From Mytilus edulis (taxonomy: Eukaryota), in NCBI RefSeq assembly GCF_963676685.1, contig NC_092346.1, positions 48,484,001 through 48,548,000 on the forward strand: a stretch of 64,000 nucleotides of DNA, read 5' to 3'. A program made the translations under genes and the position numbers. Shown piece by piece: positions 23,494-36,300 of this stretch (position 1 is the stretch's first letter; the number at the start of each line of letters is the position of its first letter). Below the pieces are notes generated by a model. That model was given only the letters and a program-made list of their open reading frames with translations. It ran no database searches and was not told where the DNA came from.

Positions 23494-25886
23494 CTAGAAC
23501 ACACCCGCGAAATCGCGGGGAAATAGCGCTTATGTAAACTGTAAAAAAATATAACTGGTATAATATGGACATACATATATATATATATACTATAATTACT
23601 TTTTAAAACTGTCACTGATATATTAAAAGTCATCCCAGTAAACTATTGGCAATTTATAGAAAATTACAGCAAATTTATACAATTTATTCCTAGTATATAT
23701 TTATGTAGTATACAGAAATATTGAAGTGACCGCCGTGGATAAAAAAAAATATTGCAATTGATTCATATATATAAATAGCAAATACACTTTATTTATAGCA
23801 AGGACGTATATTAGATGTTAGTTATACGTCCTTGTTTATAGTATATGTATGGTCATAGTATACAGAAAAACGCAAAAAAAAAATGATTGTTCTGTCCCAA
23901 GTACTTAAGCAAATTATGTTTAATTTCAAAACAGGCCTAAAGGGCAGCGGAAGTCTTTTATATTTTTCAAAAAGTCAGTCCGATGACGGAAACAATTTAT
24001 TTCCTCCCAAAATAACCCAAACTAAAATACTTTAAGCAAGGGTGATAAATGCTAGAACACACCCGCGAAATGGCGAGCATCCAGAGCGTGGTTGAAAGTA
24101 TGTAATGTGTTGTAGGATGATTTTTTTGTAACAGAATTAATGACTGGAGAATTTCAGGAAAGGTAATAAAAGTTATAGGCACTTGGGGACAGGACAATTG
24201 TTTTTTAACCCCTTCTCCTTTTCGGGCCAAAATTTCCAATTTTTGTTTTCTATTTATTTCAAAATGAACATACGTTTAATATGTGATGAACAAACATTAC
24301 TATAGATAAAGTGTGTTTGCTTTTTACTATCAATTTTCAGTTAACTAATCAATCCACTGTGGTCATTGATATATTATATAGACCCTCTCTATTTAATATA
24401 CTTAGTGACCCGATGAATTTTTGTAAAAGATTTTATGAATGAAGAATTTCAAAAAAAGAAAGTAATAATTACTTTTAGACATGACAATTGTTTTCCTAGC
24501 CAGGCTCCTAATTTTTTTCCTCAAAACTCCTATAATTTTGTTCTATTGATTTTAATAATGTTAGTAGCGTTTATCTGTATATATATTATGAACATACATT
24601 ACTATAAATAAAGTGTATTTGCTTTTTACTATCAACTCCCAATTTACTAATCATTGACATATTATATAGACCCTCTCTATTTAACAAAGTACAGAAAAAA
24701 ACGCAAACCGGATGTCTAGTCTGACTTAAAATTTCGTCCAATGACTGAAAAATATCCGGACGCAGTTTTTTTCGTTTTTCTCCCAAAATAACCCAAACTG
24801 AATAATCACAAGAATGGATGACAAATGCGACAATACATGGTACCTATAGGACAAAGAGGCATGATGATTAATTTATTGTTGAAGGAAGAGAAGCGACACA
24901 CAAAATGAGGTCTTCTCGTTTCATATATTCAAATGTGACGTAATTTTTAATGCCTTTTCACCATCGTATGTGACGTCATTTTCATAATTTACTGCGTTGA
25001 GGCCTGGACTGAGTCGGGTGTGTCTAGTCTGTGTTATGTATTCGTGTTTGTTTTATGTAATGAGTTAATATTTCAGTTTCATTATGTATATCTGTTATAT
25101 TTATTTGATAAAATTTACTGTTTGCAATATCATTAATTGTTCTAAATAATAAGGATATTCTTATCCCAAGCATAGAAACATAGCCGTATTTGACAAAACC
25201 TTTTTCAACTTTTGATCTTCAGTGCTGTACAACTTTGTACCTTTTTTCGCTTTCGATCTTTTATATCTGGGCGTCACTGGTGAGTCTTGTGTGGACGAGG
25301 CGCGTTTTTGGCGTATTGAGTTTTAAACCTGATGCTTTTTGTTATTCATTAATCATGTGTTTCATTGTCTAATACGGTCTCCTATTTATTTGTATTGTAG
25401 TCCTGTAATATTATGTTGTCATTTCAATGTTATATTTAACATTGCCATTAAAGTGTGAGGTTTGGCATGCCACAAAACCAGGTTCAACCCACCATTTTTT
25501 CCTTTAAAAATGTCCTGTACCAAGTCAGGAATATGGCCATTGTTATATTATAGTTCGTTTCTATGTGTGTTACAATTTAACGTTGCGTCGTTTGTTTTCT
25601 CTTATTTTTGAGTGTAAATTGACATTGCGATAAGACGTGTCACGGTACTTGTCTATCCCAAATTCATGTATTTGGTTTTGATGTTATATTTGTTATTCTC
25701 GTGGGATTTTGTCTGATGCTTGGTCCGTTTCTGTGTGTGTTACATTGTAGTGTTGTGTCGTTGTTCTCCTCTTATATTTATGCGTTTCCCTCAGTTTTAG
25801 TTTGTTACCCCGATTTTGTTTTTTGTCCATGGATTTATGAGTTTGAACAGCGGTATACTACTGTTGCCTTTATTTAATAGTATAGA
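23494..25886 (-). mobile_element. Non-autonomous Helitron of the same family, with a second internal 3' end and a nested insertion
   Basis: CTAG plus hairpin at 23494-23519 and again at 24052-24077; 24690-24921 is the reverse complement of ~9911-10135; terminal 11 bp at 25876-25886. Confidence 0.72.
24922..25875 (+). mobile_element. Family P3 copy inserted into the Helitron 5' terminus
   Basis: Splits CTCGTTT|AATAGTATAGA; decayed hammerhead GCGTCA-CTGGTGA-GTC...GAC-GAGG at 25271-25314. Confidence 0.72.
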
Positions 25887-26787
25887 TATGTGGGTAATAC
25901 ATGTACATATAAATGTGCCAAAATAGTCACTAGTAAATTTTACATGGTTACTGATTCATTAATGAGAACACAATGTATATAACATGTAAACTAAATTGAT
26001 TCTGGTAAATATCATGATTACTTTGAAGATCTTTAATTCTACTTATTCTTACTTATAACACATATTTTTCTTTAATTGCCTTTACCTATATGGACTCAAC
26101 TGATGATTTCAGCTATGATTTCGTCCTGTTCTTCATACTTAAATGGGACAAAATTGTCATTCAGAGGCAATACGTCATCAGCTCCATACCTCATTTAAAC
26201 TGATTAAAAGATTATTTCTACACCATATGGAGATCATGTAAAATCCCTCCTGTTAGGGGTTTATTATCCTATCAACAACAATTATAGGAGATTGATTTGA
26301 TTTTGATTCTTGGTGTTTTGACGCTAAATATACGAGAAGAAAATATATAAATAACCCGTATCATTCCAACAATTGGTTTTAGAATAAATTTGTTTAATTC
26401 CTATGCAAAGACACTATTGGAAATTTATTTTCAATCCTTACTTAATTTGAACCGAAATAAAAAAAAAAATCAAGGTACTGAATATTCGCAACCTAAGATC
26501 TTTAAATAAGACACAAGTTAATTTATTTTTATCCTTTATCTGCCGCAGTTTATGATGTATATTTTGATATAAAAAAGTTTAGGGATCAAATAGAAACTAC
26601 TGTAGCAACCTGAATTCCAAACCTTTCTTTATAAATTTATCTAGGCAATAGAGATATTTAACTTAAATACTTCAATATTTATGAGATGCAAAATAGTAGT
26701 AAAAGGTACCGGGTTTATAGTTTGATACGTCAAACGCGCGTTTCGTCTCAAGTTGACATCTTCGGATGTCAAATGTTTGGCTTTGAG

Positions 26788-26827
26788 CGTTCCTGGTGAA
26801 GGTAAATCCAGAAAAGCGCTTCGGACG
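26788..26827 (+). ncRNA. Minimal type I hammerhead-like motif, probably inactive (one core substitution)
   Basis: CGUUC-CUGGUGA-AGGUAAAUCCA-GAAA-AGCGCU-UC^-GGACG; helix I pairs, palindromic helix III, CUGGUGA instead of CUGANGA. Confidence 0.55.
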
Positions 26828-27616
26828 AAATAAATTATTAAACGTGTTGTTTTATATTTTGGCAATTGTTTCATGTACACAACATATAATTTGATTTCTT
26901 ATAAAGATTGAAAACTCCCTTCATTCTTATCAGTGTTGCCACCTTCATTATTTTTAATTAGAAGTGATTATATATGATGTTATATTGAAATTAATAATTT
27001 TTATAAATTGAAATTTGTTCATGCTAACTGCTGGAACTTTTCCATTTTCTAAAACAAAATATGCAGTTTAACGTCTATTTCAAAGGGGACACGAAAAATG
27101 CGATGACACTGCTGACATTAACAACATTTTATTCACAATAGTTATAATATGTTTACAGATACACCTGTCATTTTTTTTTAAAATCTGATAAATGCAAATG
27201 AAGAGACAAAACTGCTACTGAACGTAATGTAGAAAAACGTAATCAGAGTAAACGACAATTGTAAAGCTACTATAACATAAACACTAAGCAACACATGCAG
27301 TTCTCAAGAGAATACATGTCTCTGTATACACTTTGTCAAGCTGATCACTCAATATAAAGTAAATACAAGTAGAAAACATTTCAACAGAACAAATCAATTT
27401 GCTTTGATTAACTGATGATAATATGTTTAACCTTAGTATAGGTGTTTTTGTATGGTTTATACATTGGAATATTAAAATTGCATCGTAGGTTAAAGTATAA
27501 CTAAAGTTCTCTTAAACACTGACAGACCACCAGTATCAGCTTTTATTAATTTGTTTTGATATTTTAATTTAAGATCGTTTTAAGTTAGTTCAATTGTTCT
27601 TTTCGAATGAAAAGTC

Positions 27617-28260
27617 TTTCCATTTCTAAGTAGCAACATTCCAGGAGCACCTGCATACGGGTATATATCCCCCAATTGATACGATATTCCCGTGCGTGCA
27701 TTTCCTATTATGATTTTCTTAATAGAGGGTTGCTGCTCACAAGGAAGCTATTAATCCAAGAGTTCCAAATGGTGAAGTTGAAATCATCCCTTCGTAGATT
27801 TTACGGACACCATTACGAGTGGGTTGACCATTATGGAATAACCGTTTCACAAATGATATCGGATATGTTCCTTACGTCGTAACTACAATCCCCTCCCCTT
27901 TCATGAATTTGACCTACCAAATAAGACTATTTACCTGATTTGTTATCATATAAGCAACACGACGGGTGCTTACGGGTGGTATGTTTTAATTGTCTTAACT
28001 TAAATCTTCTATTGTTGTCCTCAAAAGTGACATCACCAAATGCGACATATCACTGCAGTTGTTATTTTCTGAGCAAGGTAAAAGGTGTCATCTATGAGAA
28101 TAACCTCATTTCTTTTTATAGGTTTGTGTTGCTCAGTCTTTTCAATATTGTGCAGACCTTTGTTTATCTTTTCGACATTTATTTTCTAATCATGGGTTGT
28201 CAATTTTGATTCTTCTTGAGTTTGGAAATTCCTTTGATTTATTTCTTCTCTCCTTCTCTT
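27617..28260 (+). mobile_element. Penelope-like retroelement remnant (family P2): frameshifted RT thumb plus decayed 3' UTR
   Basis: FPFLSSNIPGAPAYG/..QLIRYSRACISYYDFLNRGLLLTRKLLIQEF motif typical of PLE RT C-termini; 3' boundary approximate. Confidence 0.7.
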
Positions 28261-29292
28261 ATTACTTAAGTATAAGGTAACATGGACATAAACTTTTCTA
28301 CTTAAGAAAATGCATGTACCTAGTCAGGAATAGGACAGTGATCGTCCATTCCTTTGAAGTGTATGAGCTTTTTATTAGCCATTTAATTAGGGACTCTCCT
28401 TTTGAATTTTTATCAGAGATTGGTATTTTTGGGATCTTACTTTTGTCATCGAAAGAAAAAAATATCATCACTACGAAACAGTGAACGTTTATCTGTAATT
28501 TTCCAGTTGTTGTTTGCATTTTCCTTTTTTATTTTTCATGTTTATGTTGAACGCTACTAATACAATGTACGTCTTTTTCTAATTAGTATGTACCAAGTCA
28601 TGAATATGACATATGCTATCCATTCGTTTGATCTGTTTGAGCTATGGATCTTGACACTTGATTAGGTACTTCCCGTTTTTTGTGATTTTACTTTTAAAAG
28701 GTAAAATTTGCGTCTGGAAAATAAATTATAGCCTACCATATTTGATCAGTTAATGTTAATCATTGGGTCGGTGCCAGTGTTGATGTAAGTTACGTCTCCC
28801 AATGTACCACCAGCCCGGGAGTATTTCTTTTCGTTTAACGAAGAAAAGATTGTTTAATTTGTTTGTTCAATTAAAAAAACATGAAACACTAACATGACTT
28901 AGGGTTTCTACCCCTAAGGATAGATAGATTTCCCAAACCGTTTATCGAACAGTTTATAATAATATTTTTTTTTATAATTTATGTGTGTGTTTAAAGTTGA
29001 ACTTCAAACTGTGTTGATTATTGTATGCACAAAAATGAGCTTTGTTACTTTGATATGATTAGAATGATTCAACTTGATTAAACTTCTAGATTTGGTTATA
29101 ACCCTTTCACACAGGAGTTAGTGTTCCACGTTTGGACTGTTGAGTTGTTGTTACCACTTCTGTCGATGTGTTTAATTCTCATCTCGTTTGCCAAGTCCTG
29201 TTTTAAAGGCCATACATATCATCTATTTATAACTGATAACGATTTAAGTAAGATACTTGCTTCCCATACACTATGTTCACCAAAACATTTGA

Positions 29293-29682
29293 TAAAATTG
29301 AGAATGGAAATGGGGAATATGCCAAAGAGACAACAACCCGACCATAGAAAAAAACAACAGCAGAAGGTCACCAACAGGTCTTCAATGTAGCTAGAAATTC
29401 CCGCACCCGGAGGCGTCCTTCAGCTGGCTCCTAAACAAATATATGCTAGTTCAGTGATAATGAACGCCATACTAATTTCCAAATTGTACACAAGAAACTA
29501 AAATTAAAAATAATACAAGACTAACAAAGGCCAGAGGCTCCTGACTTGGGACAGGCGCAAAAATGTGGCGGGGTTAAACATGTTTTTGGGATCTCAACCC
29601 TCCCCCTATACCTCTAGCCAATGTAGAAAAGTAAACGCATAACAATACGCACATTAAACATGTTAAAATTCAGTTCAAGAGA
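29293..29682 (-). mobile_element. Family P1 3' fragment
   Basis: Close match to 15231-15523 and 62756-63130. Confidence 0.78.
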
Positions 29683-30289
29683 TAAGTTATATAATGGATA
29701 TAAATAAATGATTTGTACTTTTGACTGGTGATATTTAAATCGTATTACTATTGTTTGTTTGGGTTTTTATTTTTCATTTTAACAATTTTAACAATGGCGT
29801 TGTCAGGCTTTTTTTCGGCTATTAAGTTTGAATGTCCCTCTGGTGTCTTTCGCCTCTTTTTTGCAATATTTAGGTTTTTGCCCCATTGATGAAGCATATG
29901 TATTAAAAGACCCTCTACGTTTTGTTAATCTGATTTGTATCAACTACCTCACAGCTTTCATCCATTTAGAAAGGGAATTTACTTCTTCCCGTTTTACTGA
30001 TTGTTGGCACCGATTGCTGACTGAATCCATCAATATTTTTATATATTTTTAATTGATGGATTTAGGCTGCCGATTTGTCGATCTTTTGGATAGCGCCAAT
30101 GGGTGTTGGTGTGATCCGTGTTGGCCATTATTTAGTTTTCTGTGTTGTGTTTTGCATTCTGTTATTGTCGTTTGTCTGTTTCTTATTTGGCAAACGCGTG
30201 ACTAAGGCTTTTCAGTATTATATTTTTTTCCGTATTGAGTATATTGCATATTGCATTGCTATGTCTTTAATTCAATAAAGAGTAATGAA

Positions 30290-30351
30290 GTAAATCATAT
30301 AAAGCTTTATTAATTTCATTTCATATTTCCATATACAATATAGAGGTAATC
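30290..30351 (-). other. Gene B terminal exon: GA of split stop codon, short 3' UTR and AATAAA
   Basis: TTGTAG|GA acceptor; AATAAA at 30306-30311 (minus); homologous to 2479-2520. 3' end approximate. Confidence 0.7.
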
Positions 30352-33300
30352 CTACAAAAGAAAGAAAATATATAAGTCAAAATAAGTCTAAAAAGATTTT
30401 TGGTACATACACTCTAATTCAGTTATATTGCAAAGACACAACTTCATAATATCTAACTTCGGAGGCATACAATTCTTCTAGCACCGATTACGATGTTAAT
30501 TCTGAACACACCATTCGTACTATTCAAAACTGTTCTTGTGTATGTTTTATGATAAAAAATTATTCTAATTCGCATCAAAGCTACAAAACAAAAATCAGAT
30601 GACTAATTCTTATAACTTGCTACCCAATCCATTTAAGGAATGATTGTAATATTTTTTCTGTCTATGAAGAAATAACATAAAAAATTTAGTGCACACTGAA
30701 TAACGCACGTAGCGGGTTATTTAACAGTGTGCACCACATTTTTTCTGTTATTTTGAATAGACAGAAAAAATATTACAGTCATTTTTTATAATTTAATTCT
30801 AAATTCCATTTTAAACCGTAGAAAACCATGAAAAAACGTTGATGACGTCACGGTCACATGACTAAATTATGTCTATGGGCTCATAACAAAATAACGTCAG
30901 CCAATTAGAAGACGCGTTACATCCAAAATTAAATTATTATAAAGGAATATGAGTAAACTAACTAATAACATTCATGTAACATCACAATAGTAAATATAAA
31001 AGAAACTAGGTTTGCTACTTTGCGTGTGCAGGATGGCGTTGCATTGTATCACGTTTTCAAAACAAATACTTCATTATTGAGGCATATTGGTCCAAATGTG
31101 TTCATCGTTAATAAGCAAATATACCTTTTCCTATTTTCTTAAAGATACATTATAAATATATCCATTTTTCTATTAACGTTTGGTTTAGAACTTATCTTAT
31201 GAGTATATCGTTTCTGATTGATTGTTCAAAATAAAGAGGGATGTATTCCTTGAGGTTAACCCCTCCCCCTCCAAAAATAATAATAATAAAAATCGGCTTG
31301 ATACGACATATCATTTATCATTTGTTTAACATTTTGTTCATTATGACCGGAATAAAAATATTACATACGTTATATAATTCTTCCGTCTTGTTCAAAAGGA
31401 TTTCAAAAAGTGTTTTAGAGGAAAGAAATATTAAAATATTTGAGTTTCAAATTGTCTTTATAACCGGAGGAAAGTATGTTATCTCTTTTGATATCATTCA
31501 CCTACCTTATATAATAATTGAAAGATTCAAAAGGGCAATGATGGATATAAATGTGGGTCTCTTGTGTTTTGTACGGTGTAAAACACATAATTGAACATAA
31601 TCATGATATTTGATATCTTACAATAGTATGCTGATTTTCCTGCTGGTACATAATCATCCTCGTCATCATATCCTAATGGGAAAACGAAACAAGTTACAAT
31701 AGTGATTACAAGTAATGTACAAATATCAACTACACATTTCTGTTTTGACAAAGCCCGCACATCATTATTAGATGCAGTCTTTGAATTTGTTTTCTTTTTG
31801 TTCTTGTATTGTAAACCAGACAAGGTGTATGTAAAAATTAAGTTTATAAAACTAATTAATAAGAAATAAGTAAATTTCACATCAACTCACAAACGATTGC
31901 ATGACGCAAATACACAGTTTACAATAATACTTATACATGCACTCAAACTTTTCATTTCTGGCTCTATTGATATATAAAAAAGAAGATGTGGTAAGGTTGC
32001 CAATGAGACAACTCTCCAAAAGAGACAAAAATGACACAGAAACTAACAGCTATAGGTCAACGTATGGTCTTCAATAATGAGCAAAGCCCATACCGCATAA
32101 TCAGCTATAAAAGGCAACGAAATATGTTTGCTGGCGCTAAACCACTCCGACCCAAATGGGACATACACGAAACAGCACAATAAAAGAAGAAGCTATCAAA
32201 ATTAGTTGATAAAGAAAAGAAATTTAATTTTTAAAGCGATGCAACGACAAAAAAAACCCCCAAAACACAAGGTATGAATTTGAGAGTACTTGAAGCTGTT
32301 TAAAGCTATATAAAAGCCTAATTAATAACAAATGAACAAATCTATATATAATGCTAAATTGTTTAGGGTCCGGAAACAGCAGGTATATATTGCAGACATA
32401 TCAGCACTTGACCACTTCTTTATACATATTATAGTCAATTACACAAGAGAACTATATGTTGGTGCTTGTTTAATAGACTATATAAAGTGATTCTGTGAAT
32501 AGCATACATTGCATTAACCAAAATACGTGTATGATATGCTTATATAATGTGGTTTACCGTCGGTGTATACATCAAACAGGTGCCTTTTCCTTAGTTTTCC
32601 GAAGCAAACGCTTCTGCTATGATAATGTGAATAGCAATCACTCCAATAATTATAGAATCGTTTATCTCCACATGTCAGTTGGTATGCTTTAAAAACATAA
32701 ACAAAATATTATTATCAGTTTGAAAGTACGAAATGAGTTATTGATGAGTAACAAAGTTGATACTTATACAATATATGATTATAGGTCTAAGTATACAGTT
32801 GTTAGTTTTGTACACAGTTCTTCAATTCACTTCCTTAGTAATTATATTCGTTACATGTAATAATAATGATATTAATATATACACATGTTTCTTTTTTATT
32901 ATAGTATTGTTCTCTTCTACTCAAAATTAAGTGTACATGTGTAAGGCTTTCCATTATGTTTTTGTCTGTACGATATTGGTAATATAAAAGACAAATTAAA
33001 TGTATCTCACGTATGCGACACAGTTACACTTGATAAAACATGAACCTGTGATGCAATGAAACCGAACATACTTTTATTGAGAATATAAGTATTCATATTG
33101 TATTTGTGGGCATGCGTAAGTAAATATTTCATGAATTCTTATTAAAATATTCTGGTACATTTGATCTTACCTTTGCCACCATATGAAAATCTGTGATGAT
33201 CCAGTTTAAATCCATGATATTTCGTAAAGTAGTCATTATAACTTACTACAAGCCCATGAGCATAAGCGATTGCATGTTTCTTGAGATTATATTCGTGTTT

Positions 33301-36300
33301 CTTATGGAGATATCTCACGTTTAACTCATGTTTGTTGTTTTGATACTGGCGTTCATTCAAATGCTTCTTATGTTGATGTTCAGCAGCTGACAAATGGTAT
33401 TTGGTGTGCTTGTGGAGTCGTTTAATATGGTAATCTACCATTTGTTTGAATCTATTTATGTGACTTCTAGCCTCGTTTGCAATTCTGCTAACGTGTTTGT
33501 TAGCTTGGTGTTGAATGTTGTGAACATGTTTGTTTGCTACGCGTGATATTGTTGCGACATGAGTCTTGGCTACATTATGGATTCTTATTACGTGGTGATT
33601 GGCAATTTTTTTGTGAAGATACAGATGCTTGTTCAGAATAGCATGAGTGTCTGCAAAATGATAAGAAAAATTAGTATACCACTAATAATATAAAACATAT
33701 AACTTGTTTGGTTTTATAAAAGTAATTAAGATTTCCTTTTGATGCAAAACAACAACGAATAATAACTCTGTTAAAAGATAGATTTCAAAATGAAATTTTC
33801 TTTAATATTGAATACATAAATATCGTTGATAACAGTTAAGCACCCAACAAAATTACATAGTTATCTATAGCAGCAAAGGTCTACTCGTACCTTTGTTCTT
33901 TAAAAAAGTATATTTTGAAATCAAAACCTGAAGTAGAAAATATGCAAACTAATCAAAAAAGAATAAGATATATTCTGTATTTGATAAGGTTTATTGACTG
34001 ACGTATAAGGATAAAAAAAAATTACCTCCCAGGTATCTATAGAAGAGATGATGACTTCTAAGTCGTCCAAAGCATGTTCCTACACTATGATAACGATGAT
34101 AACATTGACCCCATAGCCTGTAGAATCGGCTTCTGCTACATTTCAGTTTGTATGCTGCAATTGAAGTTTACATTTTTTTCTACGCTGTTGAAATCGTAAA
34201 ATTTCTTCATAATTCTTTATTTACAAAATAAGATAAACGATATACATGAAATAAATCCTGAAACCATTTAACCAAAAAGTCATTTATATTATAAGTTTAT
34301 CCATATTTTACTTATTTACAAATATATAACGCCTCCTGGTACTGAACTTTCTTGATGTGTTGAAGACCAATTGGTGGCCTTCGGAAATTTTCTGCCCTTT
34401 GGTCGGGTTGTTGTCTCATTGTCTCATTGACACATTCGTCATTCCCATTCACAGTTTCATACATATATTTTAATTAGCTTGGGGTTGATTATTAATTATA
34501 CAATCATTGATTTTACTAAGGTCATCATCTTACAACAAACGTTATCCATTTAAATATGTAGAAGTATTTAGAATTCACTCACCAATTCCGTTATATGAAA
34601 ATCTGTGATGTCTAATTGCGAATCCATGATGGCTATTGTAATAACTATAGTCGAATATAGGCCCGGAACCATAATCGGATCCATAGACATCACCATCAAC
34701 TACGGAATAATCGTCTAGATAATAATAAACATAAAGAATTAAACTCAACGATGAAAAAATGTTATACCTTTTAAAAACGCTTTGGTGTCAAATTCAACAA
34801 ATATTAGAATCAATATAATTATTTTAAAGGTGCCGTTTAGCTAAATTTATCATCCAGTTTTAATAAAAGATCTTTAAGAACAAATTCAATTAAATTTAAG
34901 AACGGACCAAATTTTTGTTGGTTCATTGATTTCTAGATAAATTTTAAAATTTCAGCATCACTCGTAATGAGAAAATGAAGTGCATAACCTTTTCGCAGAA
35001 TGTTAATTTGTTGTGTTGTGTTTTTTTTTTTTTTTGCTTTTGAGAGCTAATCCAATTTAAGCTGACAATGTATTGATCAATCGCAAACTCTTTGTTATAT
35101 GCACATCCAGTAGGAGGAAGATAAGTTAGCCGTAGACATGAAATGATTTTGGTAAATTGTATTATTTGTCGGTTGTGTGCGTGTATTAAAAATAATCATA
35201 ATTGGTTGGATTCTTTTAAATATAAATATAAAGGAATTAAGCACTTCTGTTAGGTATGTTAATTTTAAGCTTGTATCAACTCCATTTTAATGGGGGGAAA
35301 TATAGTACCAACTTATTGAGAGTAGAGAACTAGGAACTTCTACTTACATATGTTCTGTCAGGAAAGAGTTGAAAAGGCTAAATTGTAGATTCACCATACT
35401 TACCATGAAAGAAGATGTGAATGGTTTTCATCCATAATGTATATTTTTTTGTTTAAACCTAGACTTTTCATATTTTGACTGTCATATATCCAAATATTGA
35501 ATATAGTCCTTCAATTTGTGATGTTATTGAACAAAATAGTTTGATTTATATTAAAACAAAAACAAAATACATTGTGTTATTAAACTTATTACAAACAAAG
35601 GTACAAAAACATAGATACCTATCTTTTCGATATTATGCAACGTTTAACTCAAACAGATTTGTTAGAGGTATTAGAAACACAAAAAATGTATCTTTATTTT
35701 CGTCAATACTTAGTATTTGAGTTGAAGGTATACCTCCACCGTATCTATAGAATAGATGTTGTCGTCTCAGTCGTCCAAAGCAGCTGCCTACACTATGGTA
35801 TCGGTGATAGCATTGGCCCCATAGTGTGTAAAATCGGCTTCTTGAGCACTTCAGTTGATATCCTGTAATATAAAGTCATTTTCATTCAGCAATGCTTTTA
35901 TTAAAATGCGACTGAATTTCTCAACTGCGTCCTATTGATATAATCAGCAGCATGTTAATTGATTTGTTTAACATATTTACATATATATGATTCTAATTGA
36001 AAAATATGCATAAGCATATCACATTTTCAAATATTTTTAACTTTATTACTTTCAATTGAACATTAAGAAATGTCAAACATTTTAATACCAGCTGTTCAGT
36101 GTCATAAATTAAGATAATACGTGATTATACTGATATTTTGTTCATCTTCCGACGTTATCACCTTTATGACACGAAAATATATTAATAATTCAAGATTTGC
36201 TTACCAATTCCGCCGTATGTAAATCTATTATTTACAATTGCAAATCCATGATGGCTCTTGTAATAACCATAGTCATATGTAATTCCACCGTATCTATAGA

